From the IMG/VR virus record IMGVR_UViG_3300009529_002382, positions 4,137 through 68,136 of that record: DNA of 64,000 nt; one strand, given 5' to 3'. The translations under genes and the position numbers were made by a program. Below the pieces are notes generated by a model that was given only the letters and a program-made list of their open reading frames with translations, had not been told where the DNA came from and searched no databases. Every line of letters begins with the position of its first letter. The stretch's first letter is position 1. This DNA is from a virus. Shown here piece after piece: positions 9,576-18,203 of this stretch.

Positions 9576-10328
9576 TCATTGTAGCAATTTTATAACATTT
9601 GCTTCGACTAATTTTTCAATTAGTATAAAATCTTCTTCGGTATCTATTTGTAATGATTGATATTTATTTGTTGGGAATATTGATATTTTCCCACCCATTC
9701 TACATCCTGTATCTTTTAATAATTTCGCGGAAGAAATGTAAATATTCCCATCATCATGTATTTTCATTTCATTTTCTGGAATTTCCTGTCTCATTCTTCT
9801 ATTTTTATAATCCCATTCAGCAATTACTTCATTATCTTCTATTCTAAAAAAGAAAGGAGTATGAAAACTGCCTGTAAATAAACTATCTGCTTGTTCTCCG
9901 ATAAATCTTTCTATACATTGATCTATCAATTTTTCATTACGAATTGGAGAAGTTGGCTGCAAATTTATAATAATATCAAAATTAAACATATAATCATCAA
10001 ACATAACATTCAACGCATGTATTAATGCTTCTTCATTTTTAGATATATCAGTTGCGAGTTCGTCTGGTCTCTGAATAAAAATAATAGGTTTTTCACTATT
10101 TAGAAAGAAACTACATTTATTATCTAAAATATAATTTGCGGCTACTTCTTTAACCAAATCACAATTAGAACTAATAGCCGTCAAATCAACATATTTACTA
10201 TCCATAGATGCGTCAATGGACCATTGGACAAGAGGTTTTCCAGCAAAATCTCTGACATTTTTATTCTTTATTCCTTTTGATCCTGCTCTCGCAGTGATTA
10301 TCGATAAAATTTTCTTTCCGGCTATCAT
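9576..10328 (-). CDS. neuA: CMP-nonulosonic acid synthetase (acylneuraminate cytidylyltransferase)
   Basis: IITARAGSKGIKNKN, RPDELATD, LQPTSPIR, DGNIY, QIDTEEDF. Confidence 0.9.
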   Translation of the reverse strand: MIAGKKILSIITARAGSKGIKNKNVRDFAGKPLVQWSIDASMDSKYVDLTAISSNCDLVKEVAANYILDNKCSFFLNSEKPIIFIQRPDELATDISKNEEALIHALNVMFDDYMFNFDIIINLQPTSPIRNEKLIDQCIERFIGEQADSLFTGSFHTPFFFRIEDNEVIAEWDYKNRRMRQEIPENEMKIHDDGNIYISSAKLLKDTGCRMGGKISIFPTNKYQSLQIDTEEDFILIEKLVEANVIKLLQ

Positions 10329-10334
10329 TCCTTT

Positions 10335-11084
10335 TTATCGGAATTTTTTGTCTGCGAATTTTTCTAATACCTCATCTAAAGACATTCTCTCAAAATAATC
10401 CAATACACCACCAGATGCATTTATTATTCTGATATTCTGTTCTTTTGTTTGTTTTGACAGATGCTTCCAGTATTTAAGGAAATCATGAGAGTGTTTATCT
10501 GCCTGTTTCCCATTGATTCTTTCAGCATTTGGACGAAGAGGAACCATCCCTCCATCTTTTCTCGTTGCTCTTTTTTCCCCAGGAAATTGCCAAAAATATC
10601 TTTTACCTTCCTTAAAACAACAATCGTGACCCAGGAGAATAATTGGATCTCCACCCATAATATAAGCCAAATGTATAGCAGAACCACTTGATGTCCTGGC
10701 TCCGATGATAGGCTTTTCTGGGTCTTTAGTCAAGATAAGACCTTCAGGGTAGTATTTCTTTTGACTTGGAACGTACCAGCTTTTATGGTCATACCATACA
10801 ATTCTGTTTTTATCTATATGACGAGAATAACCTTTCAATCTTCCGCCAAAAAACAAACAAGTGCAAGCCAGATTTTTCAGCTCGTCAAAATAAGTCCAAT
10901 GAAATGCCGCCTTATCATCAGAACAAAAATAATCACAGAATGGGACCTTAAGAACTCCGGAATTAACAGCGATTGTTATAAATTTTTTCAAAGGCTTCAC
11001 TTTCTGGAAATGTAACGATGGACCAGCACCAACTATAAAAATAGCCTTACCCTTATGTCTGTCTGCTATATCCTTAACTTTCAT
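10335..11084 (-). CDS. Maf/DUF115-like putative nonulosonate transferase
   Basis: IFIVGAGPSL, IAVN, TSSGSAIHLAYIMGGDPIILLGHDC, IINAS. Confidence 0.7.
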   Translation of the reverse strand: MKVKDIADRHKGKAIFIVGAGPSLHFQKVKPLKKFITIAVNSGVLKVPFCDYFCSDDKAAFHWTYFDELKNLACTCLFFGGRLKGYSRHIDKNRIVWYDHKSWYVPSQKKYYPEGLILTKDPEKPIIGARTSSGSAIHLAYIMGGDPIILLGHDCCFKEGKRYFWQFPGEKRATRKDGGMVPLRPNAERINGKQADKHSHDFLKYWKHLSKQTKEQNIRIINASGGVLDYFERMSLDEVLEKFADKKFR

Positions 11085-11665
11085 AAAAATAGTTTCTCTT
11101 TTTTACATATTGTTTTCGTTGTAGCGGCCATACATATAATTGAATTTAACACTTGTATCATTGTGAGTAAAGCATCACCGAATTTCTCATCCAACACAAC
11201 GATACGTAATTCACCCGACCTATTCTCGACCCCATAGATTGCCACAATATCTTCCAGTTCATTGTGGTCTAAATTATTGTAACCAGGATGCATCAAGGTA
11301 TGACCACCATCAGTCAAAACCCAATTCCCGGCTTCTTGGATTAACATAATAACATAATGATCGCCATCGTCAAACTGAAATGGAACATATACAACAAATT
11401 GGTCTACATCTACTCGTTCTAACTCGATATTACGGTGAACTTTCTTACAAAAGTCTCCGGCTACTGCTGCAATATTGAATGGTTTTGGTGGTGGAGTAGG
11501 AGGTTTGAACGGAGGACGAGGCTCAGGAGGACCCCCTGGATACTCAGAAAAAGGTTGTTTCTTTTGTGGCCTAGCAACATCATTTTTTTTCTTGCCAATA
11601 AACAAAGATCTGAAAAACTTACTAAAAAAATTCGCAATATCAAAAAAAATCCTACCCATTTTCAC
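11081..11665 (-). CDS. DUF1828-like protein with Pro-rich N-terminal linker
   Basis: VYVPFQFDDGDHYVI...WVLTDGGHTL; PPEPRPPFKPPTPPPKP. Confidence 0.55.
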   Translation of the reverse strand: MKMGRIFFDIANFFSKFFRSLFIGKKKNDVARPQKKQPFSEYPGGPPEPRPPFKPPTPPPKPFNIAAVAGDFCKKVHRNIELERVDVDQFVVYVPFQFDDGDHYVIMLIQEAGNWVLTDGGHTLMHPGYNNLDHNELEDIVAIYGVENRSGELRIVVLDEKFGDALLTMIQVLNSIICMAATTKTICKKEKLFL

Positions 11666-12372
11666 TCTCCCTTTGTATCACTTGCTTTATCTAATGCTTC
11701 TTCAAAAGTTATTTTCTTAAAATACTTGATCCTACTCAATCGATTACAATTATAAATCTTCACTTTTTTCTTCTCGGCATATCCTTTCAATGCCTTAAAT
11801 GCCTGAAGATTAAATTGGAATGACCTCATTTGTTGCCCTTGAGCAGCCAATGGTCCTTTAGGCCATTTAGATGTAGACCAGAACTGCCAAAAATGACTTT
11901 TCCCACCTTCCATATAATGGTCAACACCTAACAAAAAAATCTTTTTACATCCCATTTGAATAGCTAAATCAAGAGCAGAAGGCACAGAACTACAATAAGC
12001 CAATCCTCTGTCTTTTGGTTTTATAACGCCCTCAGAAGTGGGTCTAGGATGGAACATCAAAAACCCCCTAATTGCCTTCTTATACTTTGACCAACTGTTT
12101 CTTACAATTTTAGTACAATTGGATATTTTTAAATCGTGCCAATATGTCCATCTCATCACTAAAGCATCATTTGAAATCCAATAGGTTCTATTTTTCTTTG
12201 CGTAATTATTCTTTATTGCGAGTATGCTTGAATTAACAAATATCGAAACATGTTTAAACATCTTCTTATATTGAGGGTGACGAGATACTTCATAGAGACT
12301 TGGGCCAGCACCTACAATAAAGCAGGATTGTCCTTTATGCTTATCTCTTAAAATAGTATATGTGTTACCCAT
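11662..12372 (-). CDS. Maf/DUF115-like putative nonulosonate transferase (paralog of 10335-11084)
   Basis: CFIVGAGPSL, IFVN, SSVPSALDLAIQMGCKKIFLLGVDH, HFWQF, IYNCN. Confidence 0.7.
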   Translation of the reverse strand: MGNTYTILRDKHKGQSCFIVGAGPSLYEVSRHPQYKKMFKHVSIFVNSSILAIKNNYAKKNRTYWISNDALVMRWTYWHDLKISNCTKIVRNSWSKYKKAIRGFLMFHPRPTSEGVIKPKDRGLAYCSSVPSALDLAIQMGCKKIFLLGVDHYMEGGKSHFWQFWSTSKWPKGPLAAQGQQMRSFQFNLQAFKALKGYAEKKKVKIYNCNRLSRIKYFKKITFEEALDKASDTKGE

Positions 12373-12661
12373 TTAATCTGTCTTTAATTTTTTCCAGAAA
12401 ATCACTATAAAAATTGACAAGAATGATGTCTTCGTTGCAATATATTCCAAAATCGATGTCGCCCTTAATATCATACCATACGACGCGATACCACGTCCCA
12501 CCATTGCCATTAAACCCTGTGTCCTCCACACGGCCCAAAGTCCCAGGATCGCTTGCTAAACCACAGGTCACGATATCACCTATTTTAAATTGCATAGGAT
12601 TCACTGGTTTTTCTTTTTTTCGCGGCGAAAAAAGTTTCAATAGTTTTTGTAGTATCTTCAT
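12365..12661 (-). CDS. Small SH3/KOW-like protein with KIKDRL tag (array 2)
   Basis: FKIGDIV..GRV..YRVVW; ends YSDFLEKIKDRLNG. Confidence 0.75.
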   Translation of the reverse strand: MKILQKLLKLFSPRKKEKPVNPMQFKIGDIVTCGLASDPGTLGRVEDTGFNGNGGTWYRVVWYDIKGDIDFGIYCNEDIILVNFYSDFLEKIKDRLNG

Positions 12662-12888
12662 TCTATTCTATCCTTAATTTTTTCTTGGAATTCTTCATAA
12701 TATATATCAGTTTTTCGTAAATCGTCAGGATGATGTGAACAATACGCACCAAATTCAGATCCTAAAGATACACGCCAAAATACAGTATAATCATTTTTGT
12801 TATATATCGTATGTACAATGCCAATTCCTTTGTCCATCCCCTTATGACGAACTGCATCTCCACAACACAATTTAACAGTATTAGTCAT
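12658..12888 (-). CDS. Small SH3/KOW-like protein with KIKDRL tag (array 2)
   Basis: CGDAVRH..GIV..YTVFW; ends YEEFQEKIKDRIE. Confidence 0.75.
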   Translation of the reverse strand: MTNTVKLCCGDAVRHKGMDKGIGIVHTIYNKNDYTVFWRVSLGSEFGAYCSHHPDDLRKTDIYYEEFQEKIKDRIE

Positions 12889-13144
12889 CTAACCTATCTT
12901 CCATCTTTTTTTTAAATTCACTATGCGATTTTATCCCGTTCAACAATTGTTGTCTTTTTTTATTGAATGTTTTCCTCAAATCGGCTGCACGACATAATGT
13001 TGTCCCTTCCTGTTCCCAATCGACACCATACATTTTTGGACGATATCCAAGTGGACGAAATATTTTGTCAACAATCCCTTTACCCCAATGAGAAAATATG
13101 CAATGATAGACTTCAGCACCAAGATATAAGTCTTTATGTCTCAT
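12881..13144 (-). CDS. Small SH3/KOW-like protein with divergent tag (array 2)
   Basis: LGAEVYH..WGKGIV..YGVDW; ends HSEFKKKMEDRLDD. Confidence 0.7.
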   Translation of the reverse strand: MRHKDLYLGAEVYHCIFSHWGKGIVDKIFRPLGYRPKMYGVDWEQEGTTLCRAADLRKTFNKKRQQLLNGIKSHSEFKKKMEDRLDD

Positions 13145-13389
13145 ACTAATCTGTCTTTTATTTTTTCGCGAAATTCATACCACAAAGCATATATTTTATC
13201 ATCATTGATCCGACATAATTCTTTATCTTTATGATGACCCATCTTTTTTTTTCTTTTCTTCCAAGATACATCGTAAGATATCTTTTTAAACAAACCGAAT
13301 AAGATATATGTACAATATATGGAACAAATTTTACCTGAACCGTATAAATGATATTTTTTATGACAAACTGAATCACCACAGCTAAACAT
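13141..13389 (-). CDS. Small SH3/KOW-like protein with KIKDRL tag (array 2)
   Basis: FSCGDSVCH..GKI..YDVSW; ends WYEFREKIKDRLV. Confidence 0.75.
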   Translation of the reverse strand: MFSCGDSVCHKKYHLYGSGKICSIYCTYILFGLFKKISYDVSWKKRKKKMGHHKDKELCRINDDKIYALWYEFREKIKDRLV

Positions 13390-13627
13390 TTAATCTCTCT
13401 TTAATTTTTTCGCGAAAATCAGTATAGGAACTAAGGTGGATTTCAGATTCATACTGGGTTTGAGGTAGAGAGAATTCATTATCAAAATTTTCCCATAGGA
13501 CGGTATACCTAGTACCGCTACAACTATCAGGTGGAATGATTTCACTTATACAACCAATGTTTTCACCATTATCACAACCCGAGTAATGATATACCCAATC
13601 TCCAACTTCTAATTTATCACCATCCAT
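13382..13627 (-). CDS. Small SH3/KOW-like protein with KIKERL tag (array 2)
   Basis: LEVGDWVYH..GCI..YTVLW; ends YTDFREKIKERLNV. Confidence 0.75.
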   Translation of the reverse strand: MDGDKLEVGDWVYHYSGCDNGENIGCISEIIPPDSCSGTRYTVLWENFDNEFSLPQTQYESEIHLSSYTDFREKIKERLNV

Positions 13628-13671
13628 TATTTTTCCAACCTCTCTTTAATTTTTTCGCGAAAATCAGTATA
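13395..13671. repeat. 32-bp exact direct repeat (13395-13426 and 13640-13671) encoding YTDFREKIKER
   Basis: ctctctttaattttttcgcgaaaatcagtata occurs at both positions. Confidence 0.9.
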
Positions 13672-13878
13672 ACTCAACTCGCCTAGTTCTGACTCAGAAT
13701 ACGAACCAGCAGTGAATGAAAAACTGTCTTTCGCTGGCCACTGTACGTCGTATACAGTATTATTTTTGACACCATAAAAAGTCCCCGTTTCGCCAACCGC
13801 AATATTTTGTCCGGATCTATCCCGTCCTTTTTAAAAACAAACAACCCAATCACCAATTTCAAATTTATCACCCTTCAT
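13627..13878 (-). pseudogene. SH3/KOW-like tag-family member interrupted by an in-frame TAA at codon 16 (13831-13833)
   Basis: Manual translation MKGDKFEIGDWVVCF*KGRDRSGQNIAVGETGTFYGVKNNTVYDVQWPAKDSFSFTAGSYSESELGELSYTDFREKIKERLEK. Start and stop each overlap a neighbour by 1 nt. Confidence 0.8.
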
Positions 13879-14093
13879 CATAATCTCTCTTTTATTCTAT
13901 CTAAAAAATCAGTATAATCACAAAAAGTTAATTCATTCTTATAATATATAAAATCATATCCATCTAACCAATAGACGTGATACATAGTATCATCAAGGCT
14001 GTCGGTAATAATATCCCTAATATCGCCAATGATCGCTGGATCATCTCTATGAAGAACCAAATCACCAATATTATACTTATCACCAATCATCAC
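13878..14093 (-). CDS. Small SH3/KOW-like protein with RIKERL tag (array 2)
   Basis: YNIGDLVLH..GDI..YHVYW; ends YTDFLDRIKERL. Confidence 0.75.
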   Translation of the reverse strand: MMIGDKYNIGDLVLHRDDPAIIGDIRDIITDSLDDTMYHVYWLDGYDFIYYKNELTFCDYTDFLDRIKERL

Positions 14094-15991
14094 TATTTCT
14101 CAAGCAATCCAGCCTCATATAAAAACTGACTAGGATCAACATGTCGCGATTGCATCACGCCACTTTTGTCTCTATATTTTCTAGTCTTATTATAACTTAT
14201 AAATAAATTTTTCTTTGCTCTTGTCATCGCAACATAAGCAATCCTTCTTTCCTCGGCTTCCGCTTCTTGATAATCATCAGATTCTAATAATGCCCTGCTA
14301 TGAGGTAATATGTTTTGTTCCACACCTGGGAGGAATATAATTTCGCTTTCTGTTCCTTTTGCCGAGTGGATGGATTGTAAAGTGACAAAATTTTCCTCAT
14401 TTTCTTTATCAGCAGAAGAAATCAAAGCGATGTTCTGTAAATATTTCTCTAGACTTTTATTCTTCTCACCAAAAGAAGTCGCACTGTCAATCAATTCCTT
14501 GACGTTATCGATCCTATCCTGATGGTCTTCTGGGCTGTTATTAGTCAATATGTCATTATAGCCCAACTTCTCGGTAATACGGCTCAGACAGTCCCCTGCG
14601 TGCGTCTGATGGTAGTCAAAATCAAATGCGTCCCGGATCTTGAGAGCTGTGTTGTTAATTGTTCTACTAACATCATAATTTTCTATTCTTCTACATAATT
14701 GTAAAACATCCAAATCATTTGCTTCTGCCAACTTTTCCATTTTACTTATAGTAACAGCACCCACGCCGTTAAATAGACTTGCTACACGGTCAAATGCCAA
14801 CAAATCTCCAGGATTAGATATAAATTTCAACATAGACAAGCAATCTCGTATTTCTCTTCTGTCAAAAAAGGAGGGACCACCTATCACCACAAAAGGTATA
14901 CCAACATGACTGAATGATGTCTGTAATTCTAAAGACAACCTGTTAAGCCTATAAAGAACAGCACAATCTGAATACTCCCACCCATAGTCCTCTACAATCT
15001 CTTTGATTTTGTGTGCTATTCCCATCGCTTCTTCATATGGTTCATAATAAACTTCGCAAGAAACAGGAGAACCGCTTATGTTGTCAGTCTCCATGTCACC
15101 TCCCATATGAGTAGAATTATGTTTAATCAACTTATCAGAACAGGCAACGATCTCTGGTGTGGAACGGTAATTTTTTTCTAGCGGAATTTTTTTACAATCA
15201 GGGTAGTCTCTTAGAAAATCCAATATGTTTTGATATCTAGCATTTCTAAAGCGGTACACACTTTGCGAAATATCTCCAGTTATAAATATATTTTTATATT
15301 TATCTCCAACCGACTTAACTAAATAAAATTGGATATAGTTCGTATCCTGGCATTCATCAACTAAAATATACTTCATCTTAGTCTGAAATTTTTTTAACAA
15401 CACTGGATCTGCTTCAAATAATTTGACAGTCTCATACAAAAGCCCGCTAAAATCAATAATGTTCTGTTTTTTTATTTCCTCTAGATATGTTTGTGCTATT
15501 TTACAATCTATGGCATCATCAAATCTATCTAATAAATCTTGTTCAGACTCTAAATTCTCTCTCCAATGATTTACAGAATTCATAATGTGATAATACTTGA
15601 TATCACTCTTTTTAACATAACCAAGAGATTTCCCAATTGAAACAATCATGTCTTCTTGGTTTTTTTGGTCAAAAATAGTATAATTATCTGAATAGCCTAT
15701 TTTTGAACCATATCTTCTAAGAATTGAAGCACACAAAGAATGAAAAGTCCCGATAAAAAACTTAGATTTATGTAAACCGACTTTTTCTACTATTCTTTCT
15801 CTCATTTCTTTGGCCGCTTTGTTTGTAAAAGTCAAACATAAAAGATTTTGAGGAATAATACCTTTATTATTGATCAGATTTGCTACTCTTTCAGTAATAA
15901 CTGTAGTCTTACCACTGCCAGGGCATGACGTTACGAAGGCCGGGCCATCGATGTGATTAATCGCTTTTATCTGTTGATTGTTTAGTTTCAT
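14093..15991 (-). CDS. UvrD/PcrA-family SF1 DNA helicase
   Basis: SCPGSGKT, LTFTNKAAKEM, GTFHS, LVDECQD, GDISQSVYRFR, NYRS, SIHSAKGTE, EERRIAYVAMTRAK. Likely start MKLNNQQ at 15991. Confidence 0.95.
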   Translation of the reverse strand: MKLNNQQIKAINHIDGPAFVTSCPGSGKTTVITERVANLINNKGIIPQNLLCLTFTNKAAKEMRERIVEKVGLHKSKFFIGTFHSLCASILRRYGSKIGYSDNYTIFDQKNQEDMIVSIGKSLGYVKKSDIKYYHIMNSVNHWRENLESEQDLLDRFDDAIDCKIAQTYLEEIKKQNIIDFSGLLYETVKLFEADPVLLKKFQTKMKYILVDECQDTNYIQFYLVKSVGDKYKNIFITGDISQSVYRFRNARYQNILDFLRDYPDCKKIPLEKNYRSTPEIVACSDKLIKHNSTHMGGDMETDNISGSPVSCEVYYEPYEEAMGIAHKIKEIVEDYGWEYSDCAVLYRLNRLSLELQTSFSHVGIPFVVIGGPSFFDRREIRDCLSMLKFISNPGDLLAFDRVASLFNGVGAVTISKMEKLAEANDLDVLQLCRRIENYDVSRTINNTALKIRDAFDFDYHQTHAGDCLSRITEKLGYNDILTNNSPEDHQDRIDNVKELIDSATSFGEKNKSLEKYLQNIALISSADKENEENFVTLQSIHSAKGTESEIIFLPGVEQNILPHSRALLESDDYQEAEAEERRIAYVAMTRAKKNLFISYNKTRKYRDKSGVMQSRHVDPSQFLYEAGLLEK

Positions 15992-16388
15992 CAGTTTCTT
16001 TTGGAAAGCTATACCATGCTGCAAAATTATTCTCATTTAAATCATCCGGAAAATCTTCTGGATATCTTTCTTTGAGAATTTGTACAGCAGCACCGTAAGG
16101 ATATTTCATCATCTTTAGTCTTTCCTTCTCCATTATAGCAGAGAATTGACTGGTTGTCAACTTCTCAAGGGCCTTCATTTCATATTCCTGGACATTACTT
16201 GTCATCTCCATAGATATGGTTTTGCCTTCTATTTTCTTACAATTTTTTGTCGCTATATTCGTTGTTGTTTCACCTGCATCCATAACCAAAGTTTTCGTTT
16301 CATTATTATCCAGAAATGTAACTTCTAACACCAAAACATTATAGTCTTCTCTGTAAGATGCTTTATCTATTCTTGTTTTTCTAGTCAT
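15957..16388 (-). CDS. Hypothetical protein
   Basis: 143-aa ORF with ATGA coupling. Confidence 0.6.
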   Translation of the reverse strand: MTRKTRIDKASYREDYNVLVLEVTFLDNNETKTLVMDAGETTTNIATKNCKKIEGKTISMEMTSNVQEYEMKALEKLTTSQFSAIMEKERLKMMKYPYGAAVQILKERYPEDFPDDLNENNFAAWYSFPKETDETKQSTDKSD

Positions 16389-17095
16389 AAATTGTTTTTT
16401 ACCAAATCGAGAATTGTTTCGATGACCTTTTGTTTTTCTATCACTTCACCAAATTTCCGAACTTCAGATAAATTCTCCAATAAATAATCAGGTAGATAAA
16501 AAATCAGCAAGTGGTCGTGATAAGTTCTATATGTTCCACCCGGTTCGTCATTAATTTGTTTTTTATCAATGCCTATATACTTCTCAATATTTATGAGTTC
16601 ATCCCACCATTTATCAGTATCCTCAGTAGTCACTTCATGTCCATTTGTCGTTTTTACTAAATCACATTGATCTCGAAATTTTACTATTTCATCTTTATAT
16701 TTTTCTCGAATCTTTTTTAACCTCTCGCCGAATTCTTCTTTAGGAGTAATTCCGTAAACGAAACAATTAAAGGGCCTTTTCCCATGAATCTTGCACAATT
16801 TTGTTTCTTTATCCCAAAAAATACATCCTTTTATCAATTCTTTACTCAAATAATGCTTTAGGCTTTTTTCGAATAATTTAAGAAAATCTTCTTCTTCCCA
16901 ATTCTTCAAAATAAAGTCTAAAGCCCTTAAAAATTCGCAATATAAAACTTGAGGTGATTGTGTTAAACAGCACCATCCGCCACATGAATCTAGATTTTTC
17001 ATACATCCTTTTGTATCCGGAATTTTATGATACAAATTGGCCAACTTGCTAAAAGATGGTTTGGCATTTTTCGTGATGTAATAAAAACGGCTCAT
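16385..17095 (-). CDS. YkgJ-like cysteine-cluster (Fe-S/Zn) protein
   Basis: GC....SCGGWCC, CIFWD....CKIHGKRPFNCFVY. Confidence 0.7.
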   Translation of the reverse strand: MSRFYYITKNAKPSFSKLANLYHKIPDTKGCMKNLDSCGGWCCLTQSPQVLYCEFLRALDFILKNWEEEDFLKLFEKSLKHYLSKELIKGCIFWDKETKLCKIHGKRPFNCFVYGITPKEEFGERLKKIREKYKDEIVKFRDQCDLVKTTNGHEVTTEDTDKWWDELINIEKYIGIDKKQINDEPGGTYRTYHDHLLIFYLPDYLLENLSEVRKFGEVIEKQKVIETILDLVKNNL

Positions 17096-17111
17096 AAATA
17101 GCTCAAATGGC

Positions 17112-17714
17112 TCAAAAATCTAAATTGTCATAATTTTCTACACTGGCCTTCTTAGGTTCATCGTGTTCTTCAACAATGTCAGGCTCTTCAATATCAACAT
17201 CAGTACCATAGGCAATTTTAAGATTCTTTTCTGGAGGGTCGAAAGATACACAATCAGGAATTGTGTCTCCTGTTTTTTTCCACATATCCAAAATAGAATC
17301 CAATTCTTTTTTAACAACAGAATTTTTTTCTACAATTACCTTTTCCCATATTTCATCACCCTGCTTTTCAAGGAAAGTAATAAGCTCATCTTCATTATCA
17401 ATGACCCATTTCCCTTTTCGATTAATGACTGATACTTTTCCCACTCCTGGAAAATTCAACGATTTGTTAGATGTTTTTTCCATAGTGTTCATAACTACTT
17501 CTTCAAGTATTTTGATTTGACCTACCCATTTCAGGATTTCAGACTTGAGAGATGCTGCTCGTTGTCTCTTTAATTCTTCGAGAAACTTAATTTTATCTCT
17601 CATATTTTTGATAGACGCAATAACATCTTCGATCTCAAATTCTGATTCTAATGCTTCAGTCCCACCTGCTGCTAATAAGTCTGCTATTTTTTTACCATTT
17701 ATAATGTGAAGCAT
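17112..17714 (-). CDS. Gam/Gp157-like coiled-coil DNA end-protection protein
   Basis: Coiled-coil N-half, then SLNFPGVGKVS...VVKKEL pattern; acidic tail ending LDF. Confidence 0.5.
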   Translation of the reverse strand: MLHIINGKKIADLLAAGGTEALESEFEIEDVIASIKNMRDKIKFLEELKRQRAASLKSEILKWVGQIKILEEVVMNTMEKTSNKSLNFPGVGKVSVINRKGKWVIDNEDELITFLEKQGDEIWEKVIVEKNSVVKKELDSILDMWKKTGDTIPDCVSFDPPEKNLKIAYGTDVDIEEPDIVEEHDEPKKASVENYDNLDF

Positions 17715-17732
17715 AAATCTCTCCAGTTAAAC

Positions 17733-17758
17733 TTCTGGGGGCCACTCGGCCCCCAGAA
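17733..17758 (-). terminator. Perfect 11-bp GC-rich hairpin; weak terminator or RNA processing/stabilising stem
   Basis: ttctgggggcc-actc-ggcccccagaa; followed on - strand only by GTTTAA (short U tract). Confidence 0.5.
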
Positions 17759-17776
17759 ACTCCCTTTCTCTCTGCT

Positions 17777-18136
17777 TTAATCTTCTTCCTCTGCAATATC
17801 TACTGAATCCTTCAATTCAAGGACAATGGCAGTTCTACTCATTCCGTCCTGGAACGAAACTGTTTGATAAGCTGGAGATGATCGTAAATCTACGCCTTGT
17901 GCTTCCAGATTACCACGAGCAATTGCGTGTGCATAAACCGCATTTCCAATTGCCCCCTTACCAATACATCTTAGCCTAACTACGCCATGCTTCATTAAAA
18001 CAGTGCTAATTGCTGTTGCCAACTCTTTAACATATGTCTTATTTTTAGTCTTCTCGACTGTAGCCCCCTTAACTAACAATAGGGCCTCATCATCTGAATC
18101 GTCATACACCTTCTTTTCTTTTGCTTCACTCTCCAT
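17777..18136 (-). CDS. SpoVS-family (Alba-like) nucleic-acid-binding protein
   Basis: LATAI...VRLRCIGKGAIGNAVYAHAIARGNL...GVDL...PAY...RTAI resembles the SpoVS consensus. Confidence 0.75.
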   Translation of the reverse strand: MESEAKEKKVYDDSDDEALLLVKGATVEKTKNKTYVKELATAISTVLMKHGVVRLRCIGKGAIGNAVYAHAIARGNLEAQGVDLRSSPAYQTVSFQDGMSRTAIVLELKDSVDIAEEED

Positions 18137-18203
18137 AATCTCACTCCTTTTCGTTCAATAATTAATGGTTCTGTGAATCACTAAATATCTTTCGGCATTT
18201 TAT

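Noticed and set aside
13683-13871. 62-aa ORF from the track
   Set aside because: It is an alternative-frame shadow of the interrupted tag-family gene at 13627-13878, which fits the neighbours and carries the family motifs.
4759-14093. Tag-coding DNA repeats as a CRISPR array, integron attC sites or DGR repeats
   Set aside because: The repeats are inside coding sequence, vary at synonymous positions and are not palindromic. No integrase or reverse transcriptase is in the window.
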